Shown here piece after piece: positions 1 through 12,771 of a DNA stretch of 64,000 nt. The stretch covers positions 166,286,001-166,350,000 of the forward strand of contig CM059425.1 in NCBI GenBank assembly GCA_030390025.1, written 5' to 3'. The stretch is from Squalus acanthias (lineage: Eukaryota). The notes under the pieces were generated by a model, which saw only the letters and a list, made by a program, of their open reading frames with translations, was not told the origin of the DNA and did no database searches. The translations under genes were made by a program, and so were the position numbers. How positions within the stretch are numbered: the first letter of the stretch is position 1; every line of letters begins with the position of its first letter.

Positions 1-990
1 GTACGCCTTGGACATCAGTGTACCTTGGATATCAGTACACCTTGGACATCAGTGCACCCTGAACATCAGTACGCCTTAGACATCAGTGCACCCTGAACAT
101 CAGTGCGCCTTGGACATCAGTACGCCTTGGACATCAGTACAGCTTGAACATCAGTACGCCTTGGACATCAGTGCACCATGGACATCAGTACGCCTTAGAC
201 ATCAGTACGCCTTGGACATCATTGCGCCTTGGACATCAGTACGCCTTGGACATCAGTATCACAGAATCACAGAATCCCCACAGTACAGATAGAGGCCATT
301 TCGGCCCATCGAGCCTGCACCGACACATATCCCACCCTATCCCCGTAACCCCATGTATTTAATCCCCCCTAACATATCCCACCCTATCCCCGTAACCTCA
401 CGTATTTAATCCCCCCTAACACTAAGGGTCAATTTATCATAGCCAAATCATCCTAACCCGCACATCTTTGGACTGTGGGAGGAAACCGGAGCACCCGGAG
501 GAAACCCACGCAGACACGGGGAGAATGTGCAAACTCCACACAGACAGTCACCCGAGGCCGGATTCGAACCCGGGTCCCTGGCGCTGTGAGGCAACAGTGC
601 TAACCACTATGCCACCGTGTTGCACATCAGTGCGCCTTGGACATCAGTGCACCATGGACATCAGTACGCCTTAGACATCAGTACACCTTGGACATCAGTA
701 CGCCTTGGACATCAGTACGCCTTGGACATCAGTACGCCTTAGACATCAGTACGCCTTAGACATCAGTGCACCTTGGACATCAGTACGCCTTGGACATCAG
801 TATGCCTTAGACATCAGTGCACCTTGACCATCAGTACGCCTTGAATATCAGTGCGCCTTGGACATCAGTGCGCCCTGGATATCAGTGCGCCTTGGATATC
901 AGTGCGCCTTGGATATCGGTGCGCCCTGGATATCAGTGCGCCTTGGATATCAGTGCGCCTTGGACATCAGTACGCCTTGAACATCAGTGC
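1..990. repeat. 17-bp tandem satellite (consensus GTACGCCTTGGACATCA), interrupted by a SINE at 258-623
   Basis: About 15 copies before and about 21 copies after the SINE; runs off the window start; ORFs 86-362 and 817-1023 are translations of it. Confidence 0.95.
258..623 (-). mobile_element. tRNA-derived SINE, HE1/V-SINE type
   Basis: Minus strand: box A TGGCATAGTGG, box B GGTTCGAATCC, V-domain-like GTGTGGAGTTTGCACATTCTCCCCGTG..., CR1-type 3' end with (ATTCTGTG)n tail; TSD ACATCAGT at 250-257 and 624-631. Confidence 0.9.
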
Positions 991-1424
991 AGCACTGCTA
1001 GATGGATTTGCATGAATGTATAGTACTGTGGACTGGGATTTTCACTGCCATCTGCAGGGGATCCCCAAAGCAGGGAGAGACCAATTGCAGAACAGCGTTG
1101 TCTCACAAACATTGTGGTTGCCACCATGGAGACCTTAGGTACCCCTTTGCTTGAGTCAATGTTTGGCAGTTATTTGGAAAGAACATGACAGGGATTACAT
1201 ACACATTGGAGACATCCTACAGACTGGTCTCATTCAGCCCACAAGACCTCCAGCTGCAGTGTCTAGCTTTAGTGGCACGGCAGCAGAAAGGTCCTATGAG
1301 TCTCAAGCAGGTCGCATATTCTACCATTCCAACAAGGCCTCTGTAAGGACAGAGTAAGTGCTTGATAATGGGCAGACACTGGCAGACACAGCCTTGTTGC
1401 ACATGACTCCAGCTGGATATTGAG

Positions 1425-2458
1425 GCCCCTCTACCCAGAAGATTATGGCCATGACCATTTGGGGCTTTCAGTGCCTCATCTCTTCCTACCACTACAGTGG
1501 CTCCTTCCACTCCGAGCAATTTTGAACAACTTAAGGTTAAGAATTAGATTTAACATATCTTGTACAGTCACCAAGGGAAATCAGGGGTGTTGGAAACAGA
1601 TCATTTCACTGTTCCATAATAAATTATAAAACTTTATTTTTCTCTTTCATTTGGGGTTTCAATACTATTTGGGAGGAGAAACTCTATAAATGTTGGGCAC
1701 CACAGGCAAAATGAAAGTTATATCGAGTCTACAGCACAGAAACAGACCATTTGGCCCAACTAGTATGTACTTGTGTTTGTGCGCCACACGAGCCTCCTCC
1801 CAGCCCAAGTTACCCCGAGTACAGAGAATGTTCCCTTTGTGGGCTATTTCACTGTGGGTATCATATGTTGATGAAAGATAATAAGTCAGGGTAGGTATTG
1901 CTTACTGGAAGTAGTTCCATGATAAGCTTTTGGGTCACTCTAGCTACATGAAATTCATGCCCCTGCATCTCTCTCTCTCTCCTCTTCTTCCTCCCCATCT
2001 TTTAATAGCTACCAGACCTGCTCTACTCAGGATTGTTAAGCAGTCGCTGTGGCCGACAACTGCCACCAAAAGGAACTTAAAAAAAAAGTTCCTGTGGTGC
2101 CAGGAGGAGCAGGAGTGCTCCCTTGACTCCGCAGTACTTATGATCCGCTCCCCCAATGGCCCCCACCCCCCCAAGGACTTAATCTTAAGGCCACTGTCGA
2201 CGAGGCAAGCGGCTTGATATTCACCAATGTAAAATGGGAATGCGCAACAGATTTTATAATTTATTATGGAACAGTGAAGTGATTTGTTTCCAACACCCCT
2301 GATTTCCCTTGGTGACTGTACAAGATATGTTAAATCTAATTCTTAACCTTAAGTTGTTCAAAATTGCTCGGAGTGGAAGGAGCCACTGTGGTGGTAGGAA
2401 GAGATGAGGCACTGACAGCCCGAAATGGTCATGGCCATGATCTTCTGCGTGGAGGCGC
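1425..2458. repeat. Inverted duplication: ~207-bp arms (1425-1631 and 2252-2458) around a 620-bp spacer
   Basis: Arms are reverse complements with about 9 mismatches by eye; near-identical peptides in ORFs 1420..1629(+) and 2254..2460(-). Confidence 0.93.
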
Positions 2459-3408
2459 AAAAGCTTGTCTGCTTGGGATGTCTGCGAGCCACTAGTTAAG
2501 CATTTGAAAATGGGCCATATCCAATTTCTGGGCCCATGTGTTTATTTCAGCAGCTCTCCAGAAATGCCTGAATAGGTCAGATTTTCAAATGAAAATGCGG
2601 TGCCATGATTGTTTAAAAGACTATGGAAATGTGCAGGGTTACTGTTCTAACTTTGTGCTGGGCATTGCTCCATTTGTGTATCAGGAAACCAAGAACGTCA
2701 CAAGTCAATCAATTTGCTCGCTAAGTGATTGCTGTGATCTACATATTGACTGTGGTTACCATAAGTATACAGTCGCCTTTCATCTCTGCGACCTGGGTTC
2801 AGGTCCAGCTCAGATTAATGGGATGAAGCTCTCTCTAAAGGTGCCTTGTGCCTCAACTAATTAGATGGCCAAAGTGGGAAAGTGTTCTGTTGACTTTTAT
2901 GAGTGTAAAACTTAACAAGAAATTGATCCAGCTTCAGCAAAATAATAACAATTACTAATTAACTGACCATTTTTTTAACAATATTTATGGCAAGCTACTA
3001 TCAAATGATCATTATTCATATCCTTAAAATATCTCTATAGCCATACTGCTGATAACATGGAGTTTAGTGTCAGTCTTAGGATAGATTTCAAATGCCACAG
3101 AACATCAACAGACACTTCAGTAACTTATATTTGCTGTCAGCTGTGACAGCCATTGAAATAAGCTATGGATGATTTAGAGAAGACATTTAAAAGTACCTTG
3201 TAAAAAGCGTAAATTTATGTTCACTGTGAGTTCAGACATATGATCCTTGTTACATTCAAGGTTAGGAACTCTGAATCATTATTTGATACATTAGAAATGG
3301 GTTACTTTCAGAATTCAAATACAAAGAGATTCTTTTGTGATGCTATCACTCCTTCTTTAAAAAAGAATCTTGCCCATTCTGCAGTTAGGTTCCTCTGCAC
3401 CACACATT

Positions 3409-3581
3409 GGGGGTAATTTTGACTCTGTGCGATAGTTTAAAATTGGCGACAGCAAATCAGCTGCCTGTTTCACATCTCTCCCCAATGACTTCAATGGAAA
3501 TGAAAATCAGGAGAGATCTGTAACAGGTGACTGAATCATTATCGCCCTTATTACACTATTGCCCAAAGTCAAAGTATCCCC
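3409..3581. mobile_element. Palindromic MITE (PIF/Harbinger-like)
   Basis: Long imperfect TIRs GGGGGTAATTTTGACT.../...AGTCAAAGTATCCCC; 3-bp flanks ATT/ACT; related copy at 18915-19095. Confidence 0.75.
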
Positions 3582-4129
3582 ACTATCTGTTGCTCCCAGG
3601 TCTGTATCTATACTGCACTGAAACAAGTGGTCATGATTCACACGAGGGCAGCAAGATGGAAATTCTACTTTCAGTTCCCCTCCCCTTTTGTGGGTAACTT
3701 TGCTTGGTGCTTCTCCACGGCATTGTGGTAGAGATTAGGAACTTGGGGTGGCGGTCTTGGATATAAACCTTCATCCAATCTTGCGTGGTGCTCAAGGAAA
3801 AACTTCCTTGAAGCAACGGTTAATTAAGTGGATTGCCCAGTCCTGTCATGCAAAAATATCACAGGAATCGTCCCCATCCCAATTTAAATTAGAAAACAGC
3901 TGCTTTCTCTATGAAGTCAGGAGATCACCAAATAACATAACCTTCATCCATGAGAAGCCTGCTTTTATTTATTTTTCACTTTTAACAAAGTATCCTGCAT
4001 ATTTTGTATTGATACTTTATTTTGTACCCAAGATAATAAGCAGGAAATACAGCAGGTATCATATATTAGATTTAATAATTTAATATTTATAGACAGACGT
4101 TATTTACATATTACTTTAATATACATTTG

Positions 4130-4248
4130 TTATTCAGTCAGGTCTGTCCACTGGATGAAGTTTGTATCCAATGGACCCTGGTGTGTATCCTCTTCATGTT
4201 CGTCATCACCATTGGACATCTTCTTCGGTCGAACAGTTGAAAATTTAA
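4130..4248 (-). CDS. Terminal coding exon of an unidentified host gene: (I)KFSTVRPKKMSNGDDEHEEDTHQGPLDTNFIQWTDLTE*
   Basis: Pyrimidine-rich acceptor ...ttttcacttgttcaatccacttctgttacttag; open frame (phase 1) to TAA at 4132-4130; AT-rich 3' region with minus-strand AATAAA/ATTAAA at ~3960-4120; non-repetitive sequence. Confidence 0.7.
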
Positions 4249-4847
4249 CTAAGTAACAGAAGTGGATTGAACAAGTGAAAATGATTCAGTCTTCAATTTT
4301 ATAATTGTTGAAAACATATCTACCATTTGTATTTGTTAGTCTCATCATTGTACTAAACTTAACAGCATAAATGATTGCAAAGTAGCTAAGAATTAAATAG
4401 CTTGATCCATGAAGGTTGACTAACTCTCCAACACCATTTAACTATCCAATTCTAGGCGTGACAACCCCTTCTCACACAAAAACTGGAGAAATTCTTGTTT
4501 TTTTACTGAAATGGATGAACTGTTACTAAAATCCTAGAATGTGCAGCTTTAAGCGCATGATCTTTGAAAATGCAATCTCATTAGCAGCGACAGAAAAAAT
4601 CTCTTCTCAAGCAGCTAACAAGCTATTCAAGCAGTACAAACATTGTAAAAATTCATTAGTCCACCTGTGGAGAGTGCAATTTTTGTTCAAAATAACCAAA
4701 TCCCCCAACAGAAAAAAAAAGTTTAACGATGAAGAGATTGCATGAACATTTTTGGTGGGAGAAGGACAGCCCTAAAATATGAAAAGAAGGAACAAAGCAA
4801 TACAGAAAAACATATTAGCAAGGATACAGCATGGAATATTTTAGGCG

Positions 4848-5292
4848 GTAATTGGCTGGATTGGATTTGTCCTGCTTTTTGTGGACAGGACATACCTGGG
4901 CAGTTTTCCACATTGTCGGATAGATGCCAGTGTTGTAGCTGTACTAGAACAGCTTGGCTAGAGGCGTGGCTAGTTCTAGAGCACAAGTCTTCAGCACAAC
5001 AGCCAGATTGTTGTCGGGGCCCACAGCCTTTGCTGTATCCAGTACGCTCAGCCGTTTCTTGATATCACGTGGAGTGAATCGAATTGGCTGAAGACTGGCT
5101 TCTATGATGGTGGGGACCTCAGGAGGAGGCCGATATGGATCATCCACTTGGCACTTCTGGCTGAAGATGGTTGCAAACGCTTCAGCCTTGTCTTTTGCAC
5201 TCACGTGCTGGGCTCCGCCATCATTGAGGATGGAGATATTCATGGAGCCTCCTCCTCCCGTTAGTTGTTTAATGGTCCACCACCATTCACAC
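4848..5292 (-). mobile_element. Internal LINE fragment, same family as 51559-54821
   Basis: ORF 4944..5303 (WWWTIKQLTGGGGS...KAEAFATIFSQKC) matches 52900-53350. Confidence 0.85.
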
Positions 5293-5374
5293 CTGTGCAA
5301 CAATCATCACTTGTCCAACAATCATCACTTGTCCCTCTTAAAACAGGTCCCAGCACAGATACGTGCATTAAAAA

Positions 5375-5770
5375 AGAAACGTGCATTTATATAGTGCCTA
5401 TTACAACCTCAGGATATCCCAAAGTGCTTGACAGCCAATTAAGTACTATTTTTGAAATGTAATCAACGTTATAATGCAGGGAAACACGGAAACCAATATG
5501 CACACAGCAAGATCCCACAAACAGCAATGAGATAAATGATGAAATAATCTATTTTAGTGAAGTTCATTGGCCAGGATACCCTGTTCTTCTTTGAAAAGTA
5601 GCATGGGACCATTTTCATCCACCTGAGACGGCAAATGGGGCCTCATCCAAAAGGCAGTACCTCCAATGGTGTAGTGCTACTTCAGTACTGCAATGAAGTA
5701 TCAGCCTGGATTATGTGCTCAAATCTCTGGAGAGTGGCTTGATCCCAAAGGCATGAACCAAATCTAACAC
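5375..5770 (-). mobile_element. Degenerate Deu-domain-type (SacSINE-like) SINE with L2-type tail
   Basis: Recognisable blocks TGCATTTATATAG, CACAGCAAGATCCCACAAACAGCAATG, CAGTACTGCA...TCAGCCTGGATTATGTGCTCAA. Confidence 0.7.
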
Positions 5771-7463
5771 CTAACTAGGGGAGATGTAGTCAGTAATGTT
5801 GAGGAGAAAGCACAGGGTGAAGTACCAAGCGTTCCTGAGCAAGGGATAGCAGTGATGATGGCTATAGAGGCCTAACTAATCAGGTGGACTCCCAGCACAT
5901 TGAGTGCTCTTTCTGAATTGTATGAGGATACAGATCTTAATGAGCCTGCTTTAAAAAGGAGACTGTTACAGTGATGGGGAGTCACTTGCATTCTTGCACA
6001 CAACACTGCCAGGTGAGCTGGGTATTGTGGGGAAGTCAAAGACTCAGATATGGACTGCCATGTCCCACAGGGGAAGCGGTATTAACATTAGGTTTTTGGA
6101 GTATTGCGAATAGGACAGTGTTTGCTGATGCATGTGTGCAGCATGAATCTGAAAACCGGACAGTCAAACTTATCAGGGTAAATCCACTTTTGTAAACCTA
6201 TAGGCTAAGGGAAGCTGCCACAGGTGGACACCATCACCAAAGACACCTGTAGTAGGAACTATCTTGGGGAAAGGCATGGATAAAGATAGGAAAGTTGCCT
6301 AGTGAGGGAAGGAATAATTTTAGGTAGTGGAGGCAGGGGCTTGTGAGAGATGCTAATATAGGATTAAATGCATCCAGTAATGGTTTTTGGCTTTTCAGGG
6401 AGTGTTGATGGTGAGACCTGAAAAATTCTGATCCTGACTTTAGTGCTGATGACTTATTAGAAGGATTCTGAGGCATTTCTTTCATGCTTATTAATAACAT
6501 TCATGATCAAACCTGCCACACATACCATAAGGGGAGGATTCTTGTACTTTTCATGATATCTTTTTATGTTGACATTAAGAAATAAAAAGAGCATCTGGAC
6601 TAGCGAAATAAAGGGCAACTCTGTTCCTGTTTATAGCAATGCATGTCAGAGAAACAAAAAGGCATTGGAAGTGCTGTTTCCTGGGACTGATATTTTTTAG
6701 TCCAAACTGTTAGCCTTGGGCTGCTCATCACGTCTCCATCACAATAAGGAGGTTTATCAGTGCTAACAATCCCTGGAGTATGGAAATAATAAAACTAACT
6801 CATTTTAATGATCAACCGTTGTGCCTTTTTTGAATGTAGGGTCAAATAACAGGGCAAATACATTTTCACATGCTGCTGTTTCTCAGGGCTATACAAGATT
6901 AGTTGCAGGAGGTCTAGAAGACACACCAGTGGAGCCTGGTGATATGACACATTTCACCTGGGTAGTTCAGTGCTTTAAAATGAAGGTCTAAACTGGCTGA
7001 TCCAATTTAAATCTGTGAGTTAGAATTTGTTGGACTTCATTCTTAAAGCTGGAGATTGTTGTCATTTTTTTCATTTATAAGTGAGGCTGAAAAATAACTG
7101 GGTAAATGAATAGCAGTCGCACATGCTTTGTTGCCATAGCAAGAGATTTCAATGTCTGTAACCCAAAGGGTCAGTGACTGAGGCATAATCCCTTGTGTGT
7201 TTAGGACCTAGTACAAAATGGTTTTATAGTATGTCTATTTTAGTGTTTGGTTCTCCTCCTACATACATTAGCATAGCCGCTAATAAGCTAGTGCATATTA
7301 TTGTAGAAATAGGGTCAACTACAATTAATAGTGGTGTAAGGTGACTCATTATGACCTATACCAGCATATTTCCTCCTACCGTTTGGCTTTGTTGTGAAGT
7401 GTAAGTAGATAATGAATCCTTAATAGCAAGTATTATCCATTTGTAACAGCCTTTTTGTCTTAC

Positions 7464-7498
7464 TTGTAAAAATAATTTTAATAGTATTGGAGTATTTT
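7464..7498 (-). CDS. 35-nt internal exon of the host gene (KYSNTIKIIFT)
   Basis: Acceptor ...ccttttctgtttttattgctttaactaagtatttttttaag and donor ACAA|gtaaga; phase 2 to 1, in frame with the terminal exon. Confidence 0.65.
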
Positions 7499-7699
7499 CT
7501 TAAAAAAATACTTAGTTAAAGCAATAAAAACAGAAAAGGATATACATCGTGTTGGTTCACCCACATATTCATTCCTGTTGTTCACTGATACTCAAATAAA
7601 GACAGACACAAGGTTAATACAGTCTATAATTCTGAATGTAAAATGGTGGGGCAGTGTTTTGGAGCACCAATATATAGCACCATGAAATAATGGAACAAC

Positions 7700-8650
7700 A
7701 CAACCGTTTACATTAATTGTAGCATCTTTCACACGACAAACATCCCAAGCTATTTTTCAGGAGATTGGATGTCCCAAGCAGGAAGTGACTAAAGGAACGG
7801 TTGAAGAGGTAGATTCAAAGGATGCTTTTGAAGGTGTGCAGACAGGTGGGAAGGTGAAGGAGTTCAGGAAGAGAATTCCCGAGTGGTAACTGGTAATTTG
7901 AGCTTAGTGAGAGTGGCATATAATAGAACAGAGCCTGAAGAGCGGAGAATGCATACTGGGATGTAAGGCTGGAGACGATTATAGAGGAAGAATGGAGCAA
8001 GGTCATGGAAGGATTTGAAAACGAGAACAAAGATATTAAAGTTGATTTACTAGGGTTGGAAGCCAATGAAGGTTGATGCAAACATGGGAGATGGTGAGCT
8101 GTACATAATGCAGGATAACATATGAGTGGCAGAGTTCTGGATGTGTTAGAGTTTATGAGGACAGCGAGGGGAACTTTGAAGAAATCAAGCCTTGAGGTGA
8201 CAATGGTGCAGTTCAGGGCTTCAGTTGCAATGGGAGTGAGGTATAGATATAGATAAGCAATGCTATGGAGGTGGAAGTAGGTGGCCTTGGCGATTAAGTG
8301 GAAGTAGGTTCTGAAGTTCAGGGTCAACCAGAACACTGAGATTGTGTGCCATTGACTTTGATCTGAGTGAGCAGCTACAAAGCAAAATAGAATCAGCATT
8401 TGGAATGAAACATTTCTGGAAGGAGCCAAAGCAGATGGCTTCTATTTTGGTGATGTTGAGCTGGAGAAAGTTCTGGTTAGTTCAGAACTTAATATCTGAC
8501 AGGTAGTCAAACAGCACTGCAGGAGTCATGGATTTGAGGGTAGTGGTGGAGAGCTAAAGTTGAGTGTCACTAACATAGATATCAAAACGTACCCCTTGTT
8601 TATGGATGGTGTTGTTGATGTGGATGATCTGGGGCAGGAGGAGAAGGCAG
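7700..8650 (-). mobile_element. Degenerate L2 LINE 3' portion
   Basis: ORF 7815..8429 has L2 C-terminal motifs (KATYFHLHSIA...IVTSRLDF). Confidence 0.8.
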
Positions 8651-9045
8651 AACATAAGAACATAAGAACATAAGACGTAGGAGCAGGAGTAGGTCATTTG
8701 ACCCCTAGAGCCTGTTCCGCCATTCAATAAGATCATGGCTGATCTGATCTTGGCCTCTACTCCACTTCCCTGCCCATTCCTCATAACCCTTGACTCCCTT
8801 ACCATTCAAAAATCTGTCTATCTCCACCTTAAATAAATTCAATGACCCAGCCTCCACAGCTCTCTGGGGAAGAGAATTCCAAAGATTCATGACCCTCTGA
8901 GAGAAGAAATTCCTCCTCATTTTCATTTTAAATGGTTGCCCCCTTATTCTGAAATTATGCCCCCTAGTTCTAGATTCCCCCACGAGGGGAAACATCCTCT
9001 CTGCATCTACCCTGTCAAGCCCCTTCAGAATCTTATATGTTTCAT
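8650..9045 (-). mobile_element. CR1 LINE 3' fragment
   Basis: MFPLVGESRTRGHN...FFSQRVMNLWNSLP; 8-bp (CTTATGTT)n tail. Confidence 0.92.
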
Positions 9046-9148
9046 CGGAGTTTCATGAAGTTCACGATGTTTCATGAAGGAGATATACTGGTTACATTGA
9101 ATAGATTGGAAGGTAACCGAGATAGGCAATGTCCCAGAGGTATACAAT

Positions 9149-12100
9149 GGCCGGGATTTTGCTCACCTCGGTGGGTCCATGTCGGGCAATGTCAGTGGCA
9201 GGTCCCGACCCCGCTGCTGGCTCCATCCTGCTCTGTGAAATAAATTGACGTTTATAGGGCTTGCTAAGCCCGCCCAACGTGTTTCCCGGTCAATTAGATG
9301 AAGCGGGTCTGGTAATGTCATTTGATGGCATGTCATCATCCGGTTTCCTTAAAGGGACCATGTCCAAATTTATTTTGACATTTGTGCTGTCAGTGTTCTA
9401 CAGCATTGAAGTGCTGCAAACACTGACAATGCTGCACGAAGGCATAGGGCTTCACCCGGGCTCTCCCATGACTCCCTCCATATGCTTATGGAGGGAGTCA
9501 CAGCACTCAGGGATGTCCTCTTCCCTTCCCATGGGCGGAAGACACCTCCCCAGGAGATCAACACAGCCTGGTTGCACATTGCAGAGGAGGGCACAAGCAG
9601 GGATGTGGTCAGGAGGACCAGGCTGCAGTGCCGCAAACATTTCAATGATCTCAGTAGATCACAAAACGTTAGTACAAAGCCACACTCAGTCTCATCCTGC
9701 TGTGCCTCTCATCACATCCCCATCATCTGCCTTCCCTACCCTACTCCTGCACATCCTTACTCACACCAACTTACCTTGGATCTCCACCCATTCCTATCTA
9801 TATTATCACATCCCCATCTCACTAGCCACCCCTCACACTCACCCTCATCCTAGTGCAATCATACCAACCAACAACACACAAGGGTAGGCACTTGGGTGTT
9901 TTATGCAATGTTCATGTAAAGTTTCTGTTAAAGTGGTGTCAAACATTGAAACCATTATTTTCAACACTTTGCGTTCTTGGACAGATTTGTGTGCACCTTT
10001 GGAAGTGGCTTAGTGAGTTGCAGTGAATGGTGAGACATAACAGTACCCCCTGCAATGGTCATGAGTGTGAAAGGAATGGCTTGGGCTTTGTAGGGATGCT
10101 TTATGGTGTTGGTGGGGGGTGGTGCCAACCTGGTGCATCATGTGGCAGCCAGGGTGTACAGCGTCAAGTGAAGTAAATCTGGCCATGGTGAGGCCATCCT
10201 TGGTTCCCGGGCAGCAATGTGGTCGGGTGCTGAAGCCCTCTGTCCTGTGCAGCATCAGTTGATTGCGGAGAAGTTTGGTGTTGTTGGTGCTGCTGGTGTG
10301 CCTGGTGCTGCTGGTGTTGGGGCTGATCGTGGTGGGATTCTGAGGACCAAGGTGAGACAGTATAAAGGGCACCCATGTTAATGGAATAGATGCAAGGTGA
10401 AGTAGAGATGACAGAAGCATTCTGCCAATGGTGATCAAAAATGTTAAAAATGCTTCAGCACTAACCCAAATGACTCAATAGGCCAGAGAAAGGGCACATA
10501 GGACACAGCACTCGAGCTTTGTGTAGGGGGTCAACACTGGAAAAAAGGTCCTCTACCCACAGGGGGTCAGGAGGCCCTCCAGAAAAAAAGGATGTAGGAC
10601 CAGATCGCCGAGGCGATCACTGCCAGCAGTGTCGCCCCCAGGACCTGGCTCTAGTGCCCAAAGAAGTTTCACGACCTCAGTGGTCAAGGTCAGTGAATGC
10701 ATCTTCAAAAGCCATCTCCTACCAACTGCACCACTAGCCTCACACACTGCTCAATGCGTGACTCCCCCAATCACTCACCTACCAACAATTTCCACCAAAC
10801 ACGAGGCACACCTCACATTCCGAGCTTCACCTCACCCTCTCGGAGGTCATTCTTGACAGGAGCGTGGCTGAAACCTTGACCAACGGCGGGCCTGAAAGAA
10901 TACAAGATGCCAGTATCCTCATACATTATCCACCTTCACACATCCCACTTCCCTCTCATCCCACAATCTCTTCTGATTTACAAGCTGCACATGGTGTAAG
11001 CATGCACCTCTTGCTTTACCCCCCTCCCCTCACCACAACCCTATGCTTGTGCCTTCCTCATTTCAGACACCTAAGAAATCCAGCCTGCCTAGCCAGTGGT
11101 TGACCAAGAAGAGGGAGAGGAGAGTGAAGAAGAAGAAACAGCGTCACTCGATTTTACACTCCCAGCCACCAGCTCCTCGAGGTTGTTCTGCAAGGCCATC
11201 TGCAGTGTCCCCTATGAAAGTCAGCAGCCTTCCACCAGCCAAGCTGCAGCCACTGGGGTAGCATGGCATAAGAAGATAGGCAAAGGCACATGAAAGACAC
11301 TCACTAAGGGAATGCACAAGGGTGATTAGTTGATTTTTTGATGTAATATTGGATACATATATGCATAAAGTTGGATTGGAAAGTTTTTAGTTCAGCAACG
11401 TGGCCAAGAGGACACAGTGATGGTCAGTAACAGAGGGAAGGTAAGGTGTAGGACAAGTGTTGAAAGGGGAATTGTGGTTGTTGTCACTGGTACCACAGGC
11501 GGATGATTCGATCCCGGATATCCCGGCCAGAAAGCAGCTGTCTGGGTTTCCTCCTTCCTTCCACTTCCTCCTCTTCTGCTTCTTCCTCTTCTTCCTCCTC
11601 CTCCCTCTGCAAGCAGATTGTCTCCTCTGCTGCCTCTGCTCCATCTCCATGTCGTGCTGCAGCCCAAGGGGGACTGCAACTAGAGCCCACAGGACTGGGA
11701 GCAAGTGGTGTTCTCAGAGGCCTTCCTTTAAGAACCAAAGCCTTGCAAACATCCAGCAGCACTCCCTGTACTCCCTTCACACTTTAACAACTTTTTAAAT
11801 GTATTATACCTAGCCACAATTCAAATAAAATGTAAAGAAACCAGTACAAAAGCAAAAATCTAAATGTACCTGAAATTTGCATGTGCCCCTTTAAGAAATG
11901 CTGGTTAATAGAACATAGAACATAGAACAGTACAGGCCCTTCAGCCCTCGATGTTGTGCCGAGCATTGTCCGAAACCAAGATCAAGCTATCCCACTCCCT
12001 ATCATTCTGGTGTGCTCCATGTGCTTATCCAATAACCGCTTGAAAGTTCTTAAAGTGTCCGACTCCACTATCACAGCAGGCAGTCCATTCCACACCCCAA

Positions 12101-12467
12101 CCACTCTCTGAGTAAAGAATCTACCTCGGACATCCCTTCTATATCTCCCCCCATGCACCTTATAGTTATGCCCCCTTGTAACAGCTACCTCCACGTTCTG
12201 CCATGTGTGCTTTGGAGAGGGCGTTAAAAGCAGTGGCGACGTCCAAAATACCAGATCGTGCGTCAATTCAGCGTCGCACGCTGATTGACGTCATGATCTG
12301 GCTAATTACCATATTTGCAGCGCGTGCAGGCAACAGCTGCGCTGCTGACCTGCCCAAAATGGCGGCCGCTGCGTTCCGCGCCGGAAGTGGGTGGAAGCGA
12401 GGCAGCCGCCATTTTTTCACCAAAACCGGCCTTGTCAGCTGACGCTAACGGGCCGAATTTTACGGCC
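9149..12467. mobile_element. Composite, internally deleted Harbinger DNA transposon(s)
   Basis: Ends GGCCGGGATTTT.../...AATTTTACGGCC; two Myb/SANT-like remnants (9480-9660 ...QCRKHFNDL; ~10500-10690); transposase N-terminus remnant 11390-11700(-) similar to 45405-45896. Confidence 0.8.
11908..12197 (-). mobile_element. Short CR1 3' fragment inside the Harbinger
   Basis: TRGHNYKVHGGRY...FFTQRVVGVWNGLP; near-identical to the 3' part of 62345-62997. Confidence 0.9.
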
Positions 12468-12662
12468 ATATTGTTTGCCCAAAGAGGCTGCTCAACAAGA
12501 ACCACAGATTGTGTTTGATATTTGTAGCTACAGATGTTACCCAATATATAACTTAGTATTTTCTTGATTACAGTTGCTTTATTTGATTTAAATGTGTTGA
12601 GGTTTGTGTAGAATGATGCTACATGGCTTACTAAAGTGCTTTGTCTTACTTAACTATATCCA

Positions 12663-12771
12663 TGATGCGGAGATGCAGGTGTTGGACTGACGAAGGGGCA
12701 GCAGCTCCGAAAGCTTGTGATTTCAAATAAAACTGTTGGACTATAACCTGGTGTTGTGCGACTTCTCACTT
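12663..12771 (+). mobile_element. 109-bp Penelope-like terminal-repeat remnant with hammerhead ribozyme core
   Basis: 13-bp TSD TTAACTATATCCA (12650-12662 and 12772-12784); CTGACGA-stem-GAAAGCTT at 12687-12716. Confidence 0.75.

Noticed and set aside
545..623. tRNA gene (also considered at 54730-54820)
   Set aside because: A and B boxes belong to retroelement heads that continue into SINE or LINE bodies; no complete cloverleaf is evident.
1..990. Regular short repeats resembling a CRISPR array
   Set aside because: Units are directly adjacent with no unique spacers, there are no cas genes, and the context is vertebrate.
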